From Minisyncoccota bacterium (GTDB lineage: Bacteria; Patescibacteriota; Minisyncoccia; Phycocordibacterales; UBA9973), in the NCBI GenBank assembly GCA_035353995.1, contig DAOQAL010000001.1:145464-209463 (forward strand): a DNA stretch of 64,000 bases, in the 5' to 3' direction. The notes beneath the pieces are model-generated. The model was not told the DNA's origin and made no database searches. It saw only the letters and a program-made list of their open reading frames with translations. The position numbers were made by a program, and so were the translations under genes. Below are positions 1 to 8,111 of the stretch, piece by piece. Each line of letters starts with the position of its first letter. Positions within the stretch are counted from its first letter, which is position 1.

Positions 1-2
1 TG

Positions 3-869
3 CAAATTTTTATTCCATATAAAAAATATTCAAAATACTTAAAATATTTATCTTTTGTTCTTTTGGCTTATATTTTTTCGGCATTTTCTGTAAACATTAA
101 TTGGTCTGATCTTTTTCATAATCTTTTTATTCCAGCTTTTTCTTTTTCTAAAAATGAAATTATTTTAATTTGTGCTGCTTTTGGAACGACTATTTCGCCA
201 TATCTTTTTTTCTGGCAGACTTCTCAAGAAGTTGAAGAACAAATAGTCAAAGGGGAGAGAACTGAAGAAAAAAGAAAATCATTGGTTAATGATAATGATA
301 TTCATAAAATGAGAATTGATGTTTGGTCTGGAATGTTACTTTCAAATTTAATTATGTTTTTCATTATAGCTACGTGTGCTGCTGCATTATTTAGCAATGG
401 CATTACAAATATTAATACTGCCGCAGATGCAGCATTAGCATTACGTCCATTTGCTGGCAATTTTGCTTTTTTCCTATTTGCTATTGGAATTTTAGGAGTT
501 GGATTACTCGCTATACCAGTTTTGGCAGGTTCGGCATCTTATGCTTTATCTGAAGCATTTAGTTGGAAATCTGGTTTATATAGAAAATTAAAAAATGCTA
601 CTTCTTTTTATGGTGTAATAATAATCGCTATGATTTTGGGTATTTCATTGAATTTCATAGGCCTAGATCCTATAAAAGCATTAATTTATTCAGCAGTGTT
701 AAATGGTATAATTTCTCCAATCGTATTATTATTAATTGTAAAAATTAGTGGCAGTGAGGAAATAATGGGACAATTTAAAACAAAAAGAGTTGGGAATATA
801 ATAGGATGGTTAGCTGTTGGTATTTTATTTGTTGTTAGTATCTCAACGATTATTTTTCTCTTTATTTAA
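3..869 (+). CDS. NRAMP-family divalent metal cation transporter (5'-truncated by window edge)
   Basis: Frame open from nt 3; multiple TM helices; GTTISPYLFFWQ and AADAALALRP motifs typical of NRAMP/MntH-like proteins. Confidence 0.85.
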   Translation, partial: QIFIPYKKYSKYLKYLSFVLLAYIFSAFSVNINWSDLFHNLFIPAFSFSKNEIILICAAFGTTISPYLFFWQTSQEVEEQIVKGERTEEKRKSLVNDNDIHKMRIDVWSGMLLSNLIMFFIIATCAAALFSNGITNINTAADAALALRPFAGNFAFFLFAIGILGVGLLAIPVLAGSASYALSEAFSWKSGLYRKLKNATSFYGVIIIAMILGISLNFIGLDPIKALIYSAVLNGIISPIVLLLIVKISGSEEIMGQFKTKRVGNIIGWLAVGILFVVSISTIIFLFI

Positions 870-873
870 ATTT

Positions 874-1887
874 ATGGAAATAAAAACAAATTATGATTTA
901 ACAAAATTAAATACATTTGGTATACGAGCAGAAACAAAATTTTTTGCTGAGATAAATTCAGAAAATGATTTGAAGGAATTATTTAATTCTGCAGAATTTA
1001 AAAATAACGAAAAATTATTTTTAGGTTATGGTAGTAATATATTATTTACTAATAATTTTTCAGGAATTGTTGTTGTTAATAGACTAAAAGGCATAGAAAT
1101 AATAAGTGAAGATGAAAATCACATATTAATAAAAGCAAATGGCGGAGAAAAATGGAATGATTTAGTTCAATTTGTAGTAGAAAAAGGGTATTGGGGAATA
1201 GAAAATCTTGCATTGGTACCTGGTTCTGTTGGAGCTACTCCTGTTCAAAATATTGGTGCTTATGGTGTTGAAGTTAAAGATTCTATTGAAAATGTTGAAG
1301 CTTTTAATATAGAGAATGGAGAAAAAAGAATTTTTTCTAATGCAGAGTGTAAATTTGGTTACAGGGACAGTATTTTTAAAAATGAGTTAAAAGGAAAATA
1401 TTTTATTTCTGCTGTAATTTTTAAATTAAACAAAAAAGAAAATCAAAAATTGGATTATAAAGTTTTGCGAGATTATATTGAAAAAAATAATGTGAAAATT
1501 TTATCATCAAAAGATGTAAGTGAAGCAGTTTCAAATATACGTCGTAGCAAATTGCCTGATCCAAAAATTTTAGGTAATGCTGGAAGTTTTTTCAAAAATG
1601 CTTTAGTGGAAGAAAAAAAATTAAAAGAAATGGAAACAGCTTTTGGGTGTATACCTTCTTTCGGTGAGGGAAATATAAGAAAAATACCATCTGGCTGGCT
1701 TATTGAACAATGTGGTTGGAAAGGTAAAAAAGTTGGTAATGTTGGCGTATATGAAAAACAAGCTTTAATAATAGTAAATTATGGTGGTGCAACTGGCACT
1801 GAAGTTAAAAATTTGGCTGAAAATATAATTAAATCTGTTAATGAAAAATTTGGACTTGAAATAAGCCCAGAAGTCAATTTGATTTAA
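874..1887 (+). CDS. murB: UDP-N-acetylenolpyruvoylglucosamine reductase
   Basis: LGxGSN, ENLALVPGSVGATPVQNIGAYG, GNAGSFFKN motifs; ATG at 874. Confidence 0.95.
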   Translation: MEIKTNYDLTKLNTFGIRAETKFFAEINSENDLKELFNSAEFKNNEKLFLGYGSNILFTNNFSGIVVVNRLKGIEIISEDENHILIKANGGEKWNDLVQFVVEKGYWGIENLALVPGSVGATPVQNIGAYGVEVKDSIENVEAFNIENGEKRIFSNAECKFGYRDSIFKNELKGKYFISAVIFKLNKKENQKLDYKVLRDYIEKNNVKILSSKDVSEAVSNIRRSKLPDPKILGNAGSFFKNALVEEKKLKEMETAFGCIPSFGEGNIRKIPSGWLIEQCGWKGKKVGNVGVYEKQALIIVNYGGATGTEVKNLAENIIKSVNEKFGLEISPEVNLI

Positions 1888-1939
1888 AATATTTCGGGTT
1901 GTATAATCAACCTTATTAGAAGAATAATAAATTAAGATT

Positions 1940-2425
1940 ATGGAAAAAAATAAAAAAAATATGGTGGTTTGGTTTTTGATAGTTCTAATTGTTATTGCAT
2001 TTTTCGTTTACATTACAATTAAGAGTAGCAACTCCACAAAACAAGTTGGAGATGAACAAAATATAAATATGAATAATTCACAAGTAGAAGGAGTAAAAGT
2101 TACTGTTTTACAAGAAGGTACAGGAGATGTTGTAAAATCCGGTGATACAGTTGCTGTAAATTACACTGGAAAGTTTACTGATGGAACAGCTTTTGATTCA
2201 AATATTGATCCAAAGTTTGAACACGTACAACCATTTGTTTTCACAGTTGGTGCTGGACAAGTAATAAAAGGTTGGGATGTTGGAGTTGAAGGAATGAAAA
2301 TTGGAGAAAAAAGAAGTCTTGAGATAGCTCCAGAATTTGCTTATGGAGAAAATGGAGCGGGTGAAATAATACCTCCAAATACTACTCTTATTTTTGAGGT
2401 TGAACTTTTGTCAATTAAAAAATAA
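1940..2425 (+). CDS. Membrane-anchored FKBP-type peptidyl-prolyl isomerase
   Basis: N-terminal TM; VNYTG, FDS, VIKGWD, AYG, IPPNTTLIFEVEL FKBP motifs. Confidence 0.93.
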   Translation: MEKNKKNMVVWFLIVLIVIAFFVYITIKSSNSTKQVGDEQNINMNNSQVEGVKVTVLQEGTGDVVKSGDTVAVNYTGKFTDGTAFDSNIDPKFEHVQPFVFTVGAGQVIKGWDVGVEGMKIGEKRSLEIAPEFAYGENGAGEIIPPNTTLIFEVELLSIKK

Positions 2426-2448
2426 TTACCTTTTGGTAAAATAAATCT

Positions 2449-3234
2449 ATGACAGAAAATTTAAAAACAAACAAAAAATGTTGGATTACAATGGCTATTG
2501 TAGCTATCGTTCTATGCGCAGGGTTAGTATATATGTGTTTGGAATGTTTTGGTGATAAGAATGAAAACATAAATGTAATTGCTATTTCTGGACACGGAGA
2601 AGTAAGTGCTACTCCTGATATTGCAAATATAAGCATCACTATATCTAAAGAAGCTAAAACAGTAAAAGAAGCACAAGAAGAAGTTGCAAAAGTTGAAAAA
2701 GAAGTTTTAAATTTGTTGAAAACAAACTCTGTTGATGATAAGGATATAAAAACAATAAATTCTTCTTTTAATCCTACTTATGAATATAAGTATGTTTCAA
2801 GCTACTGTACGCAATATAGCTGTCCTTCTTCTGGCAATAGAGTAATTGTTGGCTATGAAGCATATGAAAATATTTCTATAAAAATTAGAAATATAGATGA
2901 TTCAGGTAAAATAATACAAGGTCTTGGTGCATTAGGTTTGTCAGAGTTGTCAGGACCAAATTTTGCTATTGATAAAGAAGATGAATTAAAAGCAGAAGCT
3001 CGCAAAGAAGCCATTGATGATGCTCAATCTAAAGCAAAAAAATTGGCAAAAGATTTAGGTATAAAATTAGGTGATATAACGTCATTTAATGAGAATGGTA
3101 ATTACCCATCACGATTATATGCAAGTGATATGAGCGCAAAATTAGAAAGTGTAAATACGGCTTATGTGGCAGAACTTCCAAAAGGAGAGAATACTATAAC
3201 TTCTGATGTTACAATAACCTACGAAATAAGATAA
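2449..3234 (+). CDS. SIMPL/DUF541 (YggE/BP26-like) protein
   Basis: N-terminal TM; ISGHGEVSATPDIA, ARKEAIDDAQSKAKKLA, GENTITSDVTITYEI. Confidence 0.88.
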   Translation: MTENLKTNKKCWITMAIVAIVLCAGLVYMCLECFGDKNENINVIAISGHGEVSATPDIANISITISKEAKTVKEAQEEVAKVEKEVLNLLKTNSVDDKDIKTINSSFNPTYEYKYVSSYCTQYSCPSSGNRVIVGYEAYENISIKIRNIDDSGKIIQGLGALGLSELSGPNFAIDKEDELKAEARKEAIDDAQSKAKKLAKDLGIKLGDITSFNENGNYPSRLYASDMSAKLESVNTAYVAELPKGENTITSDVTITYEIR

Positions 3235-3244
3235 AAACCAACGG

Positions 3245-3273
3245 TTGACTATTCTCCAAGAAAAGAGTATATT
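3245..3273 (+). promoter_or_regulatory. sigma70 promoter of secE-nusG-rplK
   Basis: TTGACT-17 nt-TATATT. Confidence 0.7.
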
Positions 3274-3321
3274 AAAAGAGCCCTTGAAAGGGGCTTTTTT
3301 AAAATAAAAAAAATAAATTTT

Positions 3322-3507
3322 ATGTCAAAGTCAAGCGAGTATTTTCAAGATATTAAGTCAGAGCTAAAACACGTTAATTGGCCTACTAAAAAACAAACAA
3401 TTGCTTATACAGTAATTGTAATTGTGCTTTCTATTTTAGTAGCATACTTCTTGGGACTATTTGATTTCATTTTCTCAACAGGTTTGGGAAAAATTATTTC
3501 ATTTTAA
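3322..3507 (+). CDS. secE: Preprotein translocase subunit SecE
   Basis: ELKHVNWPT motif plus a single TM; upstream of nusG. Confidence 0.93.
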   Translation: MSKSSEYFQDIKSELKHVNWPTKKQTIAYTVIVIVLSILVAYFLGLFDFIFSTGLGKIISF

Positions 3508-3517
3508 TTTTTAATTT

Positions 3518-4063
3518 ATGTCAAAACAAGAAATACAAGGGGTAAGGAATTGGTATGCAATTCATACTTATGCCGGATATGAAAATGCGGTTCTTCGTAA
3601 TTTAAAGCAAAGAATAGATTCTCTTGGTATGAATGATAAAATTTTTAATGTCATTGTTCCAGTAGAAAAGAAAATAAAAATAAAAGCAGGTAAGAGAGTT
3701 GAAGTAGAAGAGAAAATTTACCCAGGATATGTTTTAGTAGATATGATTGTAACAGATGATTCTTGGTATGTTGTTAGAAATACACCAAGAGTAACAGGAT
3801 TTGTTGGGGCAGGAGTAAATCCAGTACCTTTGAAAAAAGATGAAGTAGATTATCTATTTAAGAAAATGGATACAAGTACAGTTAAACATAAAATGGATAT
3901 TGCAATTGGTGAGACGATAAGAATTGTTGATGGACCATTTAAAGATCTTGAGGGAAAAGTAAATTCACTAGATCAGGAGCGTGGAAAAATAAAGGTTCTT
4001 GTCTCTATGTTTGGTCGTGAGACACCAGTAGAATTAGATTTCTTGCAAGTTAAAAAAATATAA
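3518..4063 (+). CDS. nusG: Transcription termination/antitermination factor NusG
   Basis: WYAIHTYAGYE, YPGYVLV, VRNTPRVTGF, KOW GPF, FGRETPVEL. Confidence 0.97.
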   Translation: MSKQEIQGVRNWYAIHTYAGYENAVLRNLKQRIDSLGMNDKIFNVIVPVEKKIKIKAGKRVEVEEKIYPGYVLVDMIVTDDSWYVVRNTPRVTGFVGAGVNPVPLKKDEVDYLFKKMDTSTVKHKMDIAIGETIRIVDGPFKDLEGKVNSLDQERGKIKVLVSMFGRETPVELDFLQVKKI

Positions 4064-4077
4064 GTTAATGTAAAAAT

Positions 4078-4503
4078 ATGGCAAAGAAAATAACAAAAAA
4101 AATTAAATTACAAATTCAGGCAGCTAAAGCAACACCAGCACCACCACTTGGTCCGGCTCTTGGACAGGCAGGTATAAACATTGGTGATTTCGTAACAAAA
4201 TTCAATGCTGCTACTCAAAAAATGGCAGGAGATAAGGTTGGAGTAGTAGTTTCAGTTTATGATGATAGATCTTATGATTTCGTAATTAAGACTCCACCAA
4301 TTACTGGTTTGATTCTTAAAGCAGCTGGAATAGAGAAAGGCTCAGGGAAGAATGCAACTCACAAAGTCGGAAAAATTACGAAAGCTCAGGCTTTAGAAAT
4401 TGCTAAGAAGAAAATGCAAGACTTGAATTCAAAAGATGATGCAGGAGCAATAAATATAGTAGCAGGCTCTGCTCGTTCCATGGGTATTGAAGTTAAAGAC
4501 TAA
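4078..4503 (+). CDS. rplK: 50S ribosomal protein uL11
   Basis: [23 protein letters not shown]. Confidence 0.97.
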   Translation: MAKKITKKIKLQIQAAKATPAPPLGPALGQAGINIGDFVTKFNAATQKMAGDKVGVVVSVYDDRSYDFVIKTPPITGLILKAAGIEKGSGKNATHKVGKITKAQALEIAKKKMQDLNSKDDAGAINIVAGSARSMGIEVKD

Positions 4504-4504
4504 T

Positions 4505-4539
4505 AAAAAAAGACCAGCGAAAGCTGGTCTTTTGTTTTT
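4505..4539 (+). terminator. Intrinsic terminator after rplK
   Basis: AAAAGACCAGC-GAAA-GCTGGTCTTTT followed by T-tract. Confidence 0.85.
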
Positions 4540-4558
4540 AGCAAGGTATAATCTTAGT

Positions 4559-5080
4559 ATGAAAAAACAAAACAAAATAATAAAAAAAGAAGAAGTAAAA
4601 AAATATAAAAGGCCGTCTTGGGATGAATATTTTATTGATATTATGCACGCTGTTGGTGAAAGGGGAACATGTGACAGGGGAAGAGTTGGTTCTGTAATAG
4701 TAAAAGAAAAAAGATTGATTTCTGCTGGGTATGTTGGTGCTCCAGCAAAATGTAAAAGTTGTGACGAGATTGGTCATGAGATGCATACAGTTACTCAGGA
4801 AGATGGAACACAATCACGACACTGCATTAGGACTGCTCACGCTGAAACAAATGCCATTATTCAGGCGGCACGTTTTGGAATTAGTACAGAAGGTGCGACT
4901 TTATATTGTATGATGACTCCTTGCTATGCTTGTGCAAAAAATATAATCAATGCTGGTATTTCCAGAGTTGTTTCCGAAAAAGATTATCACGCAGGGAAAA
5001 GAAGTAAAGAGATTTTTAAAGAAGCAAAAGTAAAATACGAATTATTAAACGATATTTTAGTTAAATATAAAGATCAATAA
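4559..5080 (+). CDS. dCMP deaminase (ComEB family)
   Basis: RPSWDEYF, HAE and PCxxC zinc motifs; ATG 4559 lies 6 nt after TATAAT. Confidence 0.9.
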   Translation: MKKQNKIIKKEEVKKYKRPSWDEYFIDIMHAVGERGTCDRGRVGSVIVKEKRLISAGYVGAPAKCKSCDEIGHEMHTVTQEDGTQSRHCIRTAHAETNAIIQAARFGISTEGATLYCMMTPCYACAKNIINAGISRVVSEKDYHAGKRSKEIFKEAKVKYELLNDILVKYKDQ

Positions 5081-5081
5081 T

Positions 5082-5633
5082 ATGTCTAAGATAATTATCG
5101 GTTTAGTGGGTTCATTGGCTAGCGGGAAAGAGACTATAAAAAAATATTTAGTGGAAAAAAATAATGCAAAAGATTGCAAATTTTCTTCTATTTTGAGAGA
5201 TGTTTTAAATAGGTTATCTGTGCCAATAAGTAGAGAAAATTTGCAGAAAGTTTCTACCGTTTTGCGTGAAAATTTTGGTGAGGATTTACTTGCTAGTGCT
5301 ATTGCTACTGATGCATCCAAATTGGATGCTGATATCGTTGTTATAGATGGTGTCAGAAGATTTACAGATATTGAACACTTAAAAGATTTACCAAATTTCG
5401 TTTTAGTAAAAATAGATGCTGATCCAAAATTGAGATATGAGAGAATGAAATTGAGAAACGAAAACGTAGGAGATGATAAAAAAACTTTTGAAGAATTTAT
5501 GAAAGATCACGAAGCAGAAGCAGATAAACAAATTCCTGAAGTTATGAAAACAGCAAAATATGAAATCATAAATAATGGCTCTTTTGAAGATTTATATAAG
5601 CAATTAGATGAGCTAATTGCTAAGCTTTCTTAG
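5082..5633 (+). CDS. P-loop nucleotide kinase (dephospho-CoA kinase/dNMP kinase-like)
   Basis: IIGLVGSLASGKET Walker A; VVIDGVR; R..R..R lid. Confidence 0.75.
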   Translation: MSKIIIGLVGSLASGKETIKKYLVEKNNAKDCKFSSILRDVLNRLSVPISRENLQKVSTVLRENFGEDLLASAIATDASKLDADIVVIDGVRRFTDIEHLKDLPNFVLVKIDADPKLRYERMKLRNENVGDDKKTFEEFMKDHEAEADKQIPEVMKTAKYEIINNGSFEDLYKQLDELIAKLS

Positions 5634-6150
5634 TATATTCAACGAATTCTAAATCGTATTTATTTAAATCGTCTTTTGAATATTTTTGACTGGTAGTTTT
5701 TTGCCAGATATTTTCGTCTATTTCGGGAAAGAATATTTCAGCATCTGGAAATTCTGCATCAACGTGCGTTATATAAAGTTTGTCTGCTTTTTCTATCATA
5801 ATTCTATATATAGAGCCACCACCAATGACAAAAACTTCTTCGTTTTCTTGTGTTGTGTTTTTCAATAAATCTAAAAGTTCATCTATTGAATGAACTATTT
5901 CTGCGCCTTCTATTTTTAAATTAGAATCTTGGGAAATTATTATATTTCTTCTATTTGGCAAAAGTCTGCCAATCTGTTTTCCAGAAGTGTCTTTGCCCAA
6001 AGATTCAAAAGTTTTTTGCCCCATAATTACTGTATGTCCAGAAGTTGTTTCTTTGAAGTGTTTCATATCTGCAGGTAAATTCCAAAGAAGATCATTCTTT
6101 TTTCCGATTTCGTTATTTTTACCAATTGCTGAAATTATTGAGATAATCAT
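5620..6150 (-). CDS. folA: Dihydrofolate reductase
   Basis: IGKKNDLLWNLPADMKHFK, VIMGQKTFESL, LPNRRN, IGGG. Confidence 0.95.
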   Translation of the reverse strand: MIISIISAIGKNNEIGKKNDLLWNLPADMKHFKETTSGHTVIMGQKTFESLGKDTSGKQIGRLLPNRRNIIISQDSNLKIEGAEIVHSIDELLDLLKNTTQENEEVFVIGGGSIYRIMIEKADKLYITHVDAEFPDAEIFFPEIDENIWQKTTSQKYSKDDLNKYDLEFVEYTKKA

Positions 6151-6156
6151 ATTTTT

Positions 6157-7029
6157 TTAAACAGCTATTTCAAAAGGAATTTTGTCGTAGCTTTGATAGT
6201 TTAATAATTTTGTATCTTCAGAATGCCAATCGAAAATGGATTTCCAATTTTCTGTTTCTATCTTTGGTAGGGGATATTTATTGTAGTCTCGTGATAATTG
6301 TTCTTTAACACCTTCTAAATGATTTTCATAAATATGAACATCGGACAAAAAGCCAACCAATTTTCCTTCTTGTAAATTGGCTTCTTTTGCTAACAAGTGA
6401 AGAAATAATGCATAACTTGCAATGTTAAATGGAAGTCCAAGCATTGTATCAACAGAACGTTGGTTCCAAAGAAGATTCAATTTTCCATCTATTACTGTTA
6501 CCTGAAAAGCATAGTGACATGGTGGCAATGCCATTTCATTAAACTGAAGTGGATTCCATGCACTTACTATCATTCGGCGGTCGCGTGGATCTGTTTTTAA
6601 TGTTTCAATTATATTTTTTAATTGGTCAATTCCTTTTCCAGTGTAGTTTGAATCATAATTTTCATAAGGTGCATTAAAGTGTCGCCATTGAAAACCATAA
6701 ATTGGTCCTAAATCTCTTTCTTCAAGCATTTTTTTCTTTGCTTCTTGATCGTGTCCATACGGAGCTTTTTGTGGTTTTGCCCATTCATCCCAAATGTGAT
6801 TGTTCTTAGCCTGTAGCCATTGTTTGTCAGTTATGCCATTTATAAAAAATTCTAGTTCTGAAGCTATAAGTTTAAATGGAGTTTTTTTTGTTGTTAGGAG
6901 AGGAAAACCATTTGACATATCATGCTCGAATATTGCTCCAGCGATAGTATAAGCTTGTATGCCAGTTCTGGTCTCCACTTTTTTGCCTTCTTTCAAAATT
7001 TTTTGAATTATGTCTATGTATGCTTTCAT
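6157..7029 (-). CDS. thyA: Thymidylate synthase
   Basis: LGPIYGFQWR, MALPPCH, QRSVD, GLPFNIASY, HIYENH; start MKAY at 7029. Confidence 0.96.
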   Translation of the reverse strand: MKAYIDIIQKILKEGKKVETRTGIQAYTIAGAIFEHDMSNGFPLLTTKKTPFKLIASELEFFINGITDKQWLQAKNNHIWDEWAKPQKAPYGHDQEAKKKMLEERDLGPIYGFQWRHFNAPYENYDSNYTGKGIDQLKNIIETLKTDPRDRRMIVSAWNPLQFNEMALPPCHYAFQVTVIDGKLNLLWNQRSVDTMLGLPFNIASYALFLHLLAKEANLQEGKLVGFLSDVHIYENHLEGVKEQLSRDYNKYPLPKIETENWKSIFDWHSEDTKLLNYQSYDKIPFEIAV

Positions 7030-7045
7030 GTAGTTATTATAACAG

Positions 7046-7070
7046 AAAACCACCCGAAGGTGGTTTTTTT
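7046..7070. terminator. Terminator hairpin downstream of rpmB
   Basis: AAAACCACC-CGAA-GGTGGTTTT inverted repeat with T/A tracts. Confidence 0.75.
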
Positions 7071-7075
7071 ATTAT

Positions 7076-7321
7076 CTATTTTACTATTCCAGCTTTCTTT
7101 AGTGTTTTATAGGTACCATTCTTTTTCATTGTTCGCATACCTTTCGTTGAAACTTTGATTATTACTGTTTTATTTAATTCAGGAACAAAAATTCTCTTCT
7201 TTTGAAGATTTGTGAACTTCCTTTTCTTCCCAGTTGGATTAAATTTAGTTGCACGAGTTCTGTTCGAATATCCTCCTCCCACTATTGAGCTTTTTTTTGT
7301 TATCTTGCAAATTTTTGCCAT
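7076..7321 (-). CDS. rpmB: 50S ribosomal protein bL28
   Basis: MAKICKITKK, KRKFTNLQKKRIF, KVSTKGMRT. Confidence 0.92.
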   Translation of the reverse strand: MAKICKITKKSSIVGGGYSNRTRATKFNPTGKKRKFTNLQKKRIFVPELNKTVIIKVSTKGMRTMKKNGTYKTLKKAGIVK

Positions 7322-7419
7322 TCCATTAAAAAATTTAAATTATAATTTTATATTTTGATACAAGTTCATTGACTTTTCAATGAGACAAGTAAGTTTTCCT
7401 ATGTTATCATAAAAATAAC

Positions 7420-8040
7420 ATGGACGCAACCAATGCAATATTTTATATAGCTATATTAATAATGTCTGTCGTAATTCATGAAGTTTCGCATGGATTTATG
7501 GCACGACATTTTGGAGATCAAACAGCATACCTTGCTGGCAGACTTACGCTAAATCCTTTTAGGCATTTAGATTTATTCGGCTCTGTCTTATTGCCTGCAA
7601 TTCTTGTATTAACAAATTCTCCTTTTTTAATTGGTTGGGCAAAACCAGTACCATACAATCCTAATAATTTTAAAAATAAAAAAATGGGTACCATAGCTGT
7701 AGCGGCAGCGGGAGTATTGGCAAATTTATTTATAGCAGTTTTTTTTGGTTTAATTTTACGTTTTTCTGTTGGATTAAATGCACCAGAGGGTTTTTATTTG
7801 ATTATTTCTTCAATTGTAATTGTTAATCTTGCATTGGCAATATTTAATCTAGTTCCTATTCCACCACTTGATGGCTCAAAAATTCTTTTTAACCTACTAC
7901 CACCTTCTTTTTATAATGCTATAGCAGTAATTGAAAGATACTCCCTTGTATTTATAATCATATTTTTAGTATTTTTATCTAATTATTTAGTGCCTGTTTT
8001 AACATTTCTTTATAAGGTTATTACAGGTTTTTCTTTGTAA
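7420..8040 (+). CDS. Site-2 protease (peptidase M50)
   Basis: HExxH (HEVSH) and FNLVPIPPLDG motifs; TM helices. Confidence 0.93.
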   Translation: MDATNAIFYIAILIMSVVIHEVSHGFMARHFGDQTAYLAGRLTLNPFRHLDLFGSVLLPAILVLTNSPFLIGWAKPVPYNPNNFKNKKMGTIAVAAAGVLANLFIAVFFGLILRFSVGLNAPEGFYLIISSIVIVNLALAIFNLVPIPPLDGSKILFNLLPPSFYNAIAVIERYSLVFIIIFLVFLSNYLVPVLTFLYKVITGFSL

Positions 8041-8111
8041 CATTTATAGCTTGTAGTTTATACACATGTTTCGTTGTTTTACAAAAAACTACTGTATAAT
8101 TATATATGTAA

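Noticed and set aside
1897-1912. GGTTG-TATAAT-CAACC inverted repeat around a -10 box before the FKBP gene
   Set aside because: Only 5-bp arms and no second copy seen; could be chance
8057-8065. DnaA box TTATACACA / replication origin
   Set aside because: Single box in a short spacer; no cluster or dnaA nearby
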